From NCBI GenBank assembly GCA_904063045.1, contig CAJFCJ010000011.1:248001-312000 (forward strand): 64,000 nt of DNA, in the 5' to 3' direction. This document shows, piece by piece, positions 1 through 12,341 of this stretch; position 1 is the stretch's first letter, and each line of letters begins with the position of its first letter. The notes below the pieces were generated by a model that worked only from the letters and a program-made list of their open reading frames with translations, searched no databases and was not told where the DNA came from. Source of the DNA: Dimorphilus gyrociliatus. Its lineage: Eukaryota > Animalia > Annelida. A program made the position numbers and the translations under genes.

Positions 1-3000
1 AACTTTAATCTTCTTTTGTCATCTTTCGATATACAAGATGCTAAATGTTGAATAGCCTCGGGAACGCTTGCTGAATAGACGTTCTCGCAATTGGAAAGTA
101 ACATAGCCATGTCGCTATAGTGTTCCGATTTCCAATCTTGTAGATGGGAATAAGAAGGTGTTATTTGTATTGTTACAAATTTTCTATTTACCTGGAATTC
201 CTTGAGATAAAATACTCATTATAATTTGACTCCATGAACTTCCTCTTGCTGAATTGATAAGAGTCATTCTCCAAACTTCGTTCAATTCGTATTTCTTTTT
301 ATTGATTTCTTCCCAAAGTTCTTTAGATGATGTTAAGTTATTTCCAACTTTGAAAGACTTTTCTCTCTTCGCCCATTCTTTCATACGTTTCTCTTGTCTT
401 CTAAACTCCATAAGATAAGTGAAAACGTGATAAATCCTTTTAAACGTAGAGATCTTTGGCCAAAAATTAAATAAAGACTCTTCCGATATGAGATCGTCTA
501 ATGTTTGTCCAGCTATAGCTAACTCCGAAAATCGTTTATCTGCAATTTGAACTCTTACGCAGAGACCTTCCATTGCCTAACATTATATATTTGTTTTGTT
601 TAATTGTTTGCTAATGCAGTATATAGAAAAGTAACTAACGTGTAAATTAATAAATAAGTGATTATTGGAGACGCCCATAAATCTTCCGTTAATGTGAATT
701 TTATCTACGACGCCTATTGATTTAAACCATTGACAAAATGTATAATCGAGAGCATGAGAAAATGTTGATACTGTTAAAGGGGTTATTGCTCCGGGTAACA
801 TTTCTCCAATATTTGCTGTTGTCATTATTTCCGAACTGGAAAGTGTAGCTGTATCAAATTCATGTTTTAAATGTTCATCGGGTATTGATTCTCCGGTTGT
901 AACAGGCCTAGCTTGGAGTAGGAATATTTCGCCATTGAAAATTGCCCATTCAACGTCTCTTGGAGATCCGAAACGTTTTTCCAAGAAGATTCCAATTTCT
1001 GCAAGTCTCAATACATCTTTTTCACTTAAGCAAGCAAGCTTCTCCTTATTATCAGTATCGTTAACTATTTCTTCAATCCCGCCAGAGTCCTCTACAAGAG
1101 AGCAAAAACCCCTACATAATTGATTTTAACAAATGATGATAAAAATAACCCACCTTTCATTTGGATAGATGCCTTCTTTTCTCCGATAACAATTTCATCT
1201 ATGGATAACTCGTCTGTATAGCCTCTTTTTACCCGAATAACATCCGGATCAGACGATCCAGAAACAACTGACTATAATGAAAAGATGGGATAAAAACTTG
1301 AATTTATTTTGACAAAAAAAGAAGACAGTCGTACTTCTCCTAGACCGAAATTTCCACTAATAGTCATGAAACAGGGCGAATGAGTTACGGCATCTCTTGT
1401 GAACATTACACCAGCACTCTCTGCTGGTACCATTTCTTGAACAACAACAGCCATAGATTGAACTATTTCTTGTCCATTTTGTCTATTAAAAATTGAAAAT
1501 GGCCGCTGTTCTATTTTTATTTTTATAATAAAGAAAAAGACGAACCTTCTATACTGAACTGCAACGAATGAGAAATAAGATGCCCAGCACTTCTTTACTG
1601 ATTCTATAATCTGAAACGATTTAGTGAGTAAGTAGTATTTGTAACATAAATCTTCTTTTTATTCTATCTCCTACTTCATCATCTGTTTTCATTCCTAAGA
1701 AAGTATCCATTTGACCGGCAGCTGACATTTCATCTCCATCTTCCCCAACAGCAGATGATCTAACGGCAACTCTAACTTGGCTTCCTTGAAATGTATCCGT
1801 CAATTGGTTTTCAATCTCATCCTTCATTTCAAGAGAAATTTCCGATTGAACGATCAATTCCATAGTTTTTTCACAAGTCATTCTAAGATTTTCCAAATCG
1901 TTAATCGAACTAAAAGGAACATACTGTATATATAAATATATATCTAAAATATGTAATATATATACAACCATGCATTTTTCAGCATCTCTAGCTGTTTCTT
2001 TAAAATGGAATTTCCATTAAAGTGTTCATTGAAAGCGGTTACAGTAACACAAAATCCTTTTGGTACTTTAAAGCGTTTATCATCTAAAGAGTCCAACAAC
2101 GCTAATTGCATTCCCTTTCCACCGACAATATTTGATGATTTACAGGAATTATGTTGAAAAGGAACAGTAATATTTCTCTCTTTGTTTATTGCTAATTCTT
2201 TTAAAAGTTGAAATTCGGGTTCGTTATTAAATAGATTGCTCTCCGTGTCATTTCTATACATCACTTCAACATTTCCGTAACCTTTTATATCATTTAATGT
2301 AAAATCACACATTTTATTTGTCACTTTGGCTATCCTATTTTCTCCGTAATAATAAAGCGTTGTCCCTGTCACCTTTACCGTCAGTTTATAATCTTTGTCC
2401 CCTGCTTTAAAGTGTATTGTCCATTCATCTGGCATTTTTCCTTGTTCACCAATTTCCCATATTTCTTTATCGCTCCATGTTATATTGTGTTTTTCAAATC
2501 CGTTTGGCATACCAATATGACCTAAAACCCAACTGTTAAGCAAGGAAATGAGTATTTAGTTGTTGTTCATTAATCTTTAAATAAGAAGGCTATTACTTTG
2601 TTACCGAGTTTTCTAATGATATAAGTGCAAGGCTTATATAAGTCCCATTTTCAAAGTAGGCGAGATGCATGATATATCGATGGAAATTATTCCAGTCGCG
2701 TATTCCTATATTTGTATTTTAAAGGGACAAAGAATATGAATTTATTAGGTTCTTTCCTAATTTAATTTTAGAAGGGAAAAGCTTACCGAAAGAATGATCT
2801 CTCATTCCTCGAACGTTTAAGGAAACTATATCTTGATTTTCCTGTTGAAACGTAACAAAAGATTCTCCCCACTGTTCGTAATGAGTTTGGTGGCCACTGT
2901 TCAGTGAAATTATACTTATTCGAAACGAAAGGTTTTTTAGATTAAATATATTTATTTACTTTTCCAATTCTTGAAAGAATTCTCGAGACCAGATCTCCCT

Positions 3001-3740
3001 TGCTATTCCCTGTGCAACCATATTCGGACAAATATCGGTATCATAGTTGTATAAAGAGAATCCAGCCTTCCAAGTGATCCATAGTTTACAGTGAACCAAT
3101 TCGCCAATAGGTTCGTCGGACGACAGTCTACGTCCCTTTCTCAATAAACCATCGTAATGTATTATCCATTTCTTCATTGGTTCGATACATATAAATCGAA
3201 GACCTCCGGCACTGAACATTTTATTGCTTTGCGAACAATTATACAAAGTGGTATCTGGAAAGACGGGAGTCTCAAAGTAACCTTTCCCGGGTATTTCCAT
3301 TAGAAGACAAATCTCCGCTCTGTTTTGCTGTCTATGTGATACTCTGCAAACGATTCTCGCTCCTTCGCTATTACCGAAGCTTGCGTAGACCGAATCGAAA
3401 GAGTTTTTATCACTGGTGAGTGCTTGTGGATGCTCCATCAAATCAGCTGTTTCATGAGAGCTTTTACCATAACCGGAAGACTTTCCAGACTTTTTTCGTG
3501 CTCTCAAATACATTAGAAGTTTCAATATCATGACTTTAACGCGGAAAAAGCTGCCTAAAAATGTAAATCAACAATATTAAGTCTATTTTAAAGGTTTGAT
3601 ATTAAAATGAGTGATAATAAGGAACACTAACCGGCTTGAGAATAAAATCCATAAATCTTTGGAGGAGAGCCCTTAAGAATAGCAAATCCACCATACAGCA
3701 AAATAGCGGCGAAAAGGTAAATGACAACAAAATACAACAT
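1..3740 (-). CDS. PEP-synthase/rifampin-phosphotransferase (YvkC/PigC)-like ATP-grasp enzyme with an N-terminal membrane anchor and beta-barrel domain; multi-exon, 3' end runs off the left edge
   Basis: ATG at 3740 gives hydrophobic MLYFVVIYLFAAILLYGGFAIL. Spliced exons carry PPDK_N motifs VGGKGMQL, VAVRSSAVGEDGDEMSAAGQMDTFLG, MAVVVQEMVPAESAGVMFTRD, GNFGLGE and PRDVEWAI..IFLLQARPVT, then the RPH-type ANIGEMLPGAITPLT. GT-AG introns keep the frame, and the frame is open at base 1. Confidence 0.85.
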
Positions 3741-6700
3741 TATTTTTATTGTTTATTTTGTTGTATAAATGAAAAAGTTCCTCTTTAGCTGACTTCTTAC
3801 AATTGTAAAAAGTCCATAAAACTGATCTGACTTTTATACGGCCTATCTTATCTCCTCTTTAAAAAAATACCTTTATCTGAACTATCAAGTGCAAAAGGAC
3901 TTTTCAAAAGTACACTTCTTTCAAAGAACATCTCTTACTGTAAAATATTCTTATAACAATTTATATACTTTAATTATTTAGAAGTATGGAAAATTATGAT
4001 TCTTTGGCAAAGATATTGTCTTATAGTTTAGGGAATTGATTAAAACTTCTTCATATGATTTTCTTATTTTTTCATTAAAATGTCTGCTATCGTATTGATA
4101 AAGAAGAAATCTGAAATTTTTCAGATTCTTAACTAGTCGCACTAGTCGTACTATGTTGTCAGGACATCATCTGATAATGTTAACTTGTCGTACGACTATT
4201 TTTTTCACGTTAAGCATCTTTCAAGCCTATATATTTATTTGTAGATTTAACAATAATAAGCCGTATGAGAGACAGGGCGGAAGATAAGACTCCATCTAGT
4301 GTATGCAATTGGACTTATAAACAGAGATGGATAGAGAAGTGACAATAGAGTTAAAAGTCTAAATTTACAGAGATAGGGAAGAGAATTTTTATGATGATAT
4401 TCCAGCGACTTTCTCCAGTTCTCAATTCTTATCTCCATTCAATATTCGGTCTAGAATCACCCACAATGTCATCTAAAAGTTCAGCACAGGTATCAACTGC
4501 AAAACATCCCTTTGTTTCGACTCTTTAACAGAGGAATCCATCAAGATCATACAATGATCTTATTAGCGGTATCAAAAATACTTAACCGTTCACCTTTAAA
4601 ACACTTCATTCATAAGAAATTCAATATTTCTCTTGGACGTTTGATGCTAGACAATTTGAAATTCGTTCAAGATATATACTGTATATATATATAAACGAAA
4701 GTTACAATAGATTTTTAACCTTCACTATCATTGTTTTTATAAAAAATTCCCCCTCTTTTGCTGTTTTGAAATTGTACTGTAAAACAAAAACAAAAAAAAA
4801 AGAGAGAGAGAGAAATCTATTAATCATAGCATGATCAAGCATGTAGCTTAATGGAACAAAAAAACGTTACATACGGGATGATTATAGCTATTTTTCAAAC
4901 TGTTATAATTCGTGGGTAAACGTCTAGAAATATTGGAAAAGTACTTTTACTAGAATAGAAATATCTGTTCAATGTATAAAATACTATAATAATAAAAATA
5001 TCCCTTGTTGTCATTGTTATCCATTATTATACATATTTGATATTGCTTATCCGGAAAGCATATTAGAAATGGTTAATTAATATTCCAGTTGAAAAATTAA
5101 TCGATATTTAATTATTAAAAAGCTTATTCTTTTTTAGTTAAAACATATGTTAATAAATAATTTTTTTTTAATAATACTGCAATTGGTATGGAGACTACGA
5201 ATAATAAGAACTACAGTTATAGACTGATTTTGCCAAATTGCATTTTTAATCAAGCTAAGGTAGGCCTTTGGTAGAAATATATATATATATATAAGATATA
5301 TAGAGTATATACGCTATATATGTATTATTCATATACTACGATTGTAAAATAAGTATTAACTATTGCAGTACATGCACTTTTCTATTATTGTTATATACTG
5401 TATATCGTACAAATATCAATTTATATTCTTTTGCAAAATACTTACTTTTTCTTGAAAATAGGTTACTTTATTTATTTAATAAAAAACTAAATGGTTCATT
5501 TTTTAGGCTATTTGTAAAACATAAATTATATTAAAGATAATAATTGAAGTATCATGGGATTGATTTCTTATAAAAATCTATTTTAAATATTATCTCTTAT
5601 CTATAGTTTAATTGCTGGTTGTTCAACATTTCCCTTTCATCGTTAGTTTTTGTTTTAAGGAATAAGTCTTGGCCCTATTTTTACTAAGTACGAATAAAAT
5701 TCAAATAAGACAAAAGATTATGGTAAATTTTAAACATTTAACAGCTTCAGAAAGCTGTATTGTATAGAATGGCGACCGAAGGCTAAAAAGAATCAATTCC
5801 TTAGTTACGGCTTGTTTATACCTGGAAAGCGTGTCGTTAATATCGCACTTTTTCAATATAATGATTACTGTAAGTATAGATTAGTTCATGTCATGGGTGG
5901 TAACGAGCTGCTGCGGCCGCTAGACAATTTCTCTTTATCAGGTCTTATTAAAAAAAATAACAAGGTAAATGCTTTCTTTTGCAAAATGTATTTGTTTATC
6001 ATAAAGTAGTGTATACTAGTAAGTACAGCGGTACCATTAAATTATAATAGAAGATAAGTTTGCATTCGACAACCATTGCGCAATAGTATACTTTACAAGG
6101 TATATTTTTTCCGAGAACATGGAATATTTATAGAGGTTGCAGTGTTTCATTTGTAACGTTTACAATAGCTAAACTAAAGAAATATATTGAATAGTGATTA
6201 TTTAATTTTTAACATTTATCAAATTATTCATATGCTCCGTTTACGAAACAAAGTAAATAGTACATGTATATTTACAGAGAAATGTAATTACCAACTTCTT
6301 GCATTTTGAAGATACCAGTTTATCTTTTTAATAGTTAAACAAATATATTATAACTATTCAGATGGCATCATTTGTCTTTGAATTCTTTTTAAGATGATAT
6401 TGGTAAGAATAACGGTTGAGAATAAGATATAATTTGTTATTGGAACGACTAAATAGGTATGGAAATATTTATGAAGGCAAACAACGTACAGTGTAACTGC
6501 TACATATTATTTCAACACTCATAAAACCAATAGCGAAATAAGGTTTCTTATTTTAATCGATAACCTTTCGGCGAGTGTTGTTTGTCTGTTTAAGGCGCAC
6601 CCAACTTTTTTAAAGAGGTGCATTCGACACTTTTACACTTGTTTGTCTATCAGTTAAGATACACGTACGTACTAGCTTTAAATGAGTTTTTCAATAAAGA

Positions 6701-7206
6701 AGGTAACAGTTAATTCATATTTTTTCTATAAGCCCTATAAACAATCTAACATTAATAAATGATTAAAATAATACCTAAACTATGCGAATAGCTCAATTTA
6801 ATATATTTATACTTGTGCAATAAACGAAAACTTATTTAGATGAGATAATTATGGCGCTAGCCTCTGTATCTATCTATAACTCTATATAAAATAATATATG
6901 TAACTAAATAAAATAGCTTTTCCTGTTTTTTTTATCTATTTGCATTTGTAACCTAAATCAGCTTGATAATATTGATCTACCCTTAAAGAAAGACAGATTA
7001 AGATCCTTTGTATTCCAAGAAGTACTTGTTCAGCACCTTTTTCCGTCGAATAGGCTATACAACCGTGTTTTTATTTCCATCTAAAAATACGAATAAATTT
7101 ATATACTTTATTCAAACATTAACAATTAAAATGTACTAATGTAATTAGTAAAATTTATGTTTTTTCTATAACAAGCCTTTAAGGTATATATTTCTTACAA
7201 ATACAG

Positions 7207-10200
7207 GTTCAAACAAGTCCAATAGCGCCAAATCGTTATTATGAAAACGATTCGGTTTTTTCATTAAATCAAATAGATGAATATAATGATTATGATTTAC
7301 ACTTGGTAAGTTTTATAACTCATTTTTCAATGATTATAATTGATAATTGATAATTTTGCTTTTTAATTTAGATTTGTCGAAATGGTAGTGTTGAAAAATT
7401 AAAAGAAGCCTTAAAGAGGAAGTATGTTTGGAAGAGAGTTAATCGTAAAGATTCTAAAGGTTTAGCTCCTTTGCATTACGCTGCTAAACAACTTCATTTT
7501 AATATAGTTGAATTATTATTAGAAGTTGAAGGGATTGGTTAGTTGATTAGATAGTTAATAAAGTCGCTTTTGATTCAATTATTGTTATTGTTGTTTTATG
7601 TTTTACAGATATTTTTGTGAAGGATAGTGAAGGTGCAACTCCACTACACTACGCCGTTAAACGAAAAGATGTTGTTGCTAATAATTACAACTATGTTTGC
7701 GTTTTGCATTTCTTTTTTATAAATGAGTCATTGAACGCTTAAACCTCTTCCTTTCAGGCGCTCAATCAAACTCTGAATGCTTTGATAACTGAACTAAAGA
7801 AAACTACTCGTGTTGGTACAGTTGAGGACAATTATATGTCAACGCCACTTCACCTGGCCGCCATAAGAAATAATGTTGATGCTATAAACATCCTTTGCGA
7901 ATATAAGGATATATTGGATATTAATGTAACATTTAATCAAATTTGATAACACAATACTTGTATAATTTATTTATAGGCAAAAGATAAATGCGGAGCTACC
8001 GCTTTACACGAGGCAAGCACATATAATAATATTGAAGCGTGTAAAGCCCTAATTAACAATGGAGCTGACATACTGATACCCGATGAAGAGGGCTCCACTC
8101 CCCTGCATTTAGCATGCATGGAAGGTGATGTAGAGTTAGTTGAAGTACTATTGGCTGAAGCAAAAAACAAGAATGAATTAGCTCAGGTTTTCTTTTTGTT
8201 TACTTAAGAATTTATCAATTAAATAACCTTATTGTTTTTAGTACCTAAATAAGCAAGATAAGGAAGATCATAATACAGCGCTTCATCTATCCATTGAAAA
8301 TCGACATCCAGCGGTAACTCGCCTTTTAATAGATAATGGTATAAATATATAAAACTATTAATAAATGTTACAAAATAATCATCTTATTCAACATATAGAA
8401 GCCGATATTACAATTAGACGTATATCTGGAAATACGGCACTTCATATTGCAGCTAGCAGCAACGATGTAGAATCTGCAAAATTACTGTTGGAAAAGAAAT
8501 TAAATATAAATGAACTAAATAACTATCAAAGTAGTCCAGCTCATTTAGCAGCTGAACATAATTCCGTAGATGTTATGAAACTCTTTATTGAAAAGTATAC
8601 AAACTTTCATTTATTCTATCATCTCTTCTCAGCTCAATTTAATATCTTTCCTTCTTTTTCCCCCCATCCCCTCTCCCTATTCTCCAGTGGAGCTAATCTT
8701 GCCTTGAATGATATTGAACACAAGACTCCGTTTCTTCGCGCCGTTTCGTATAAAAGTTATGAATGCGTTGAAATTTTATTACAACATTCAGAAGATTGCG
8801 TTCTGGATAGAGACGACTCTGACTATACATGTATAATGTTAGCCTCGGAAGAGAATGATGCAAAGACGTTGGAAGTAAATCTTTCTTAATGAAAATCTTG
8901 TTAATATTCTAATCTTCATTTTTGTTTATTCTTTCAGTTGCTTCTAGGAAAACTTTCTAAAAAAGAGAAAATAGAAAGTCAAATAGTAAACTCTGTTAAT
9001 AGAGAAGGTTTTTCGGCATTACATATAGGAGCTGCGTACGGACTAACATCTATTGTTGAAGTAATAATACATTAGCATATATATTGTATAACCTATAACT
9101 TTATTTTTATTGCTTATAGCTTTTAGCAGCCAATTCTAAAATCTCCATCGAAAATAAGGATGATGACGAAAATACAGCATTTCATTTAGCCGCTGCAAAC
9201 GGACATATTGAGTATATATATATATATATATATGAATCTGTCGAGATTGTCAATACTAATATTTATGTTATAATTATTTTATAGAGTTTGCCGAACCCTT
9301 TATACGAAAGATAGGAAATCGGTACATTACGAGAATGAAGAGAGTGAAACTCCTTTGCACTTAGCTGCCAAATCAGGGCAAAGCATTGTTGTTGAAAATC
9401 TTGTTGAATGGGGTGCAGATAAGAATGCAAGGTAAATAAGTAAAATTTCTCTTTCTTCATTCATCAATTAACATTTGAATTGTTTAGAACCGCAAAATTA
9501 TGGACGCCTCTCGACTTTGCAGCGTCAAATGGACACTTACAAACTGTAAGAGAGTTAATCGACAACGAAGTGATTTTAAATCCTGAAGGAAAGGAGAAAG
9601 TAAACAGACTTTGCTGTCTCTTAGTAGATATTCATTTTCTGAAAATGTTTTGTAGGAAACGCCGTTACATCACGCTTGTAAGAATGGACATGCTGACGTA
9701 GTTAAAGTTCTTATAGAAGAAGGAGCTAATGTAACAGCATTGGATGAGGAGGGTAGTAATTGTTTGGACTTGGCCATAGATAATAATCACAAGTAAGTAA
9801 AACTACTTATCATCAAAACATTCGATTTACATGAACATATTCATAGGGATGTTGCATTGGTTCTTGTTGAATCTAAAAAATGGCGGGAAGTTCTGTTCAA
9901 CTACATAAATTTACGCAACATCTATAGCAAAGAAATTAAACAACAGAAAGAGAACGAGGAAAAAGACAAAGTATCTCTAGAAAGTTCAACTTCAAAGATT
10001 AAGGCTTGTGCTCCGAAAAAACCTAAAAGATATAAGCCAAAGGGTACAACTCCAATGAGAAAATTAATAAGGCATATGCCAGATATTGCAAAAATCATTT
10101 TGGATAAATGCCTAACAACCGAACAACCAAATGAAACTTCAGAATATACCTATGAGATTGCGTTTGATTTTGAATGTATAGATGACACTTACTTTTGGTA

Positions 10201-11821
10201 TCAAAATGATTCAAGTGTGTATTTTTCCCCATCCATCTTATCTTATCTTATTCACTTTGTTTTTTTTTTTAGAGGAGAGAATTCCTTATACTAACCAATC
10301 AACGCTTATTAAGGAAAATCATCCTCTAAGGCATATGGTTGAAACAGCTCAAGAGTCACTTTTAAAGCATGCTTTGACTATAGCTCTTATTAGAAAAAAG
10401 TGGCAAATCGCTCTTATCTTCTATGTCTTCTTTCTGATTTTCTACTCTCTTTTCCTTGGAACTTTCACGGCATATATGCTTATCGCAACGCCATCATATA
10501 AAGTGTATGCATTCTAAAATTAGATAATTAATAGAAAAATGAATAATAAATTCTCCATTATCCATCAACAGTAATAGCACGAACTGTAAGAAATCCGATA
10601 TTGGTTTCTTTTCAAATCAGCAAACTCCTTACGAAAAGTTCGCAACCTATTTAACGTATATATTGGGTGGAATTGGAATGATAATAGAATTAATACAGGC
10701 AGTATCGATAAAGACAAAATATCTCCAATGGGGTAATCTATTAGATTGGTTCACCTATATTGGAGCTATGATAGTCGTTATAAATTTTAGAGAGTGCGGA
10801 GCAAGAGAGGTAAATACTTTGTTTCTTTTTTGACAAAAAGTAGGTTATTTGATTAAATAAAACGATTCGCTATTCATTTCAGAAATGGCAATGGGAATTG
10901 GGAGCAATGGTTCTTTATTTCGCATGGATTGATTTTATTTTATATCTAAGACGATTTCCAAGGATTGGCATTTATATTGTTATGGTAACTGATATTTTGA
11001 ATACGTTTTGGAAGTTCTCCTTCGTTCTTCTCCTATTTCTAATTGCTTCAGGATTCAGTTTATACGTTATCCTCCAAAATCAGGTAACAATATTATGAAA
11101 ATGTTACATAGTATAAATAATATTGTTAATCTTGTGTCTCTGTTTTCAGTATCCGTTTGTTACTCCTTCCGTATCCTTAGTTAAAGCCGCTGTGATGATG
11201 ATTGGTGAATTTGACTACGGAAATATATTTGATGCATGGAGAGAGGATCCATCGGCAGCTAATCAACTACATTATACATTTTCTTCTTATTTTCTGTTTA
11301 TCCTTTTTATGATTGTTATGTCAATTATAGTCATGAATCTTTTGACGGCTCTTGCCATAGACGATGTAAATGAAATGAAACGGGAAGCGGAAAGTAAAAA
11401 ACTTGGTCTTCAAATTGATTTGGCCTTGGATGTGGAAGTTGCTATACCTTCAATGATTTCACCATTAATTAGAAGAATGTCACAGCGAACTGATATAATG
11501 CGAATAAAACCTGAGAATCCAGTATCGGCTTTAATAAAAAATATATGGAGAGAGATAACTGGAACTACAAATTTCTCGCAAATAATCGAATCATACATTA
11601 CTAACACAGACTCATCCGGTGAAGAGTCATTAACCACCATGGAGGAGAATCTTGGTAAGAAGATTGAAACTAATCAACAAGAGATTAGATCCGTAAATGA
11701 AAAATTAGATAGAATGGAAAGTCTCCTACTATCTCTTCTTCATCATAAGAAAATACCTATACCGGAAATGTTTAAGAAGTCATCCAGGTTGAAATCTCAA
11801 TACTCAGTGTTACAGGAATAA
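7207..11821 (+). CDS. TRPA1: TRPA1-like ankyrin-repeat cation channel (many exons; first coding exon lies upstream and is unresolved)
   Basis: Many ankyrin repeats (APLHYAA, TPLHLAC, TALHIAA, TPLDFAA) are followed by TPMRKLIRHMPDIAKIILDKC, a 6-TM region with YLRRFPRIGIYIVM, pore MMIGEFDY, MNLLTALAIDDV and a C-terminal coiled coil. Stop TAG at 11819-11821. Confidence 0.85.
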
Positions 11822-12341
11822 GAACTTTTGTGAAATTTTTATATCTATTTTCTTAAAGAGACTATTGATACTTCTTATACAATATATATGTAACTTTCTT
11901 TATATAATCATGTATTTTCAAAGTTTATTGATACTTCTTAATAATGTTATTAAGAAGATGATTAAAACGAAGAAGAAGAAGAAGAGGAATGTGATAATTA
12001 TTATGACATTTTCAATTATCAGATTCATCTTCAATCTTCCCCTTAAAAAGCATATAGAATCAGATTGTTCTTGTTGTTATTAATATTAATATTACTACTA
12101 ATCTTCTCTAAAGTATCTAACTTCCATATAAAAGTAAAAATCATTTATCAGTCGTAATCCCCTTTTCTCCTTTACTATAATCTTCCTACTACCAATAAGT
12201 TTCTCCCCATTTTAGGAAGAGTTCATGTTAGTGAAAAGAAACAGTAGAAAGAATTAAAAAAAAGGAAGAATTGTTTAATTAACATTTTATTATGAAATCA
12301 TAAAGAAAATAGAAAAGTATATAAAATATGCAGCACCAATT

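Noticed and set aside
4143-4199. Inverted repeat TAGTCGTAC...GTACGACTA
   Set aside because: The arms are only 9 bp and the interior pairs poorly; no element ends are supported.
4246-4694. GC-richer stretch with short ORFs on both strands
   Set aside because: The frames I translated hit stops, and I found no recognisable motif or consistent splice chain.
5768-6009. Short ORFs around a GC-rich GCTGCTGCGGCCGC patch
   Set aside because: This could be a promoter or an orphan exon, but no linked exons or homology were found.
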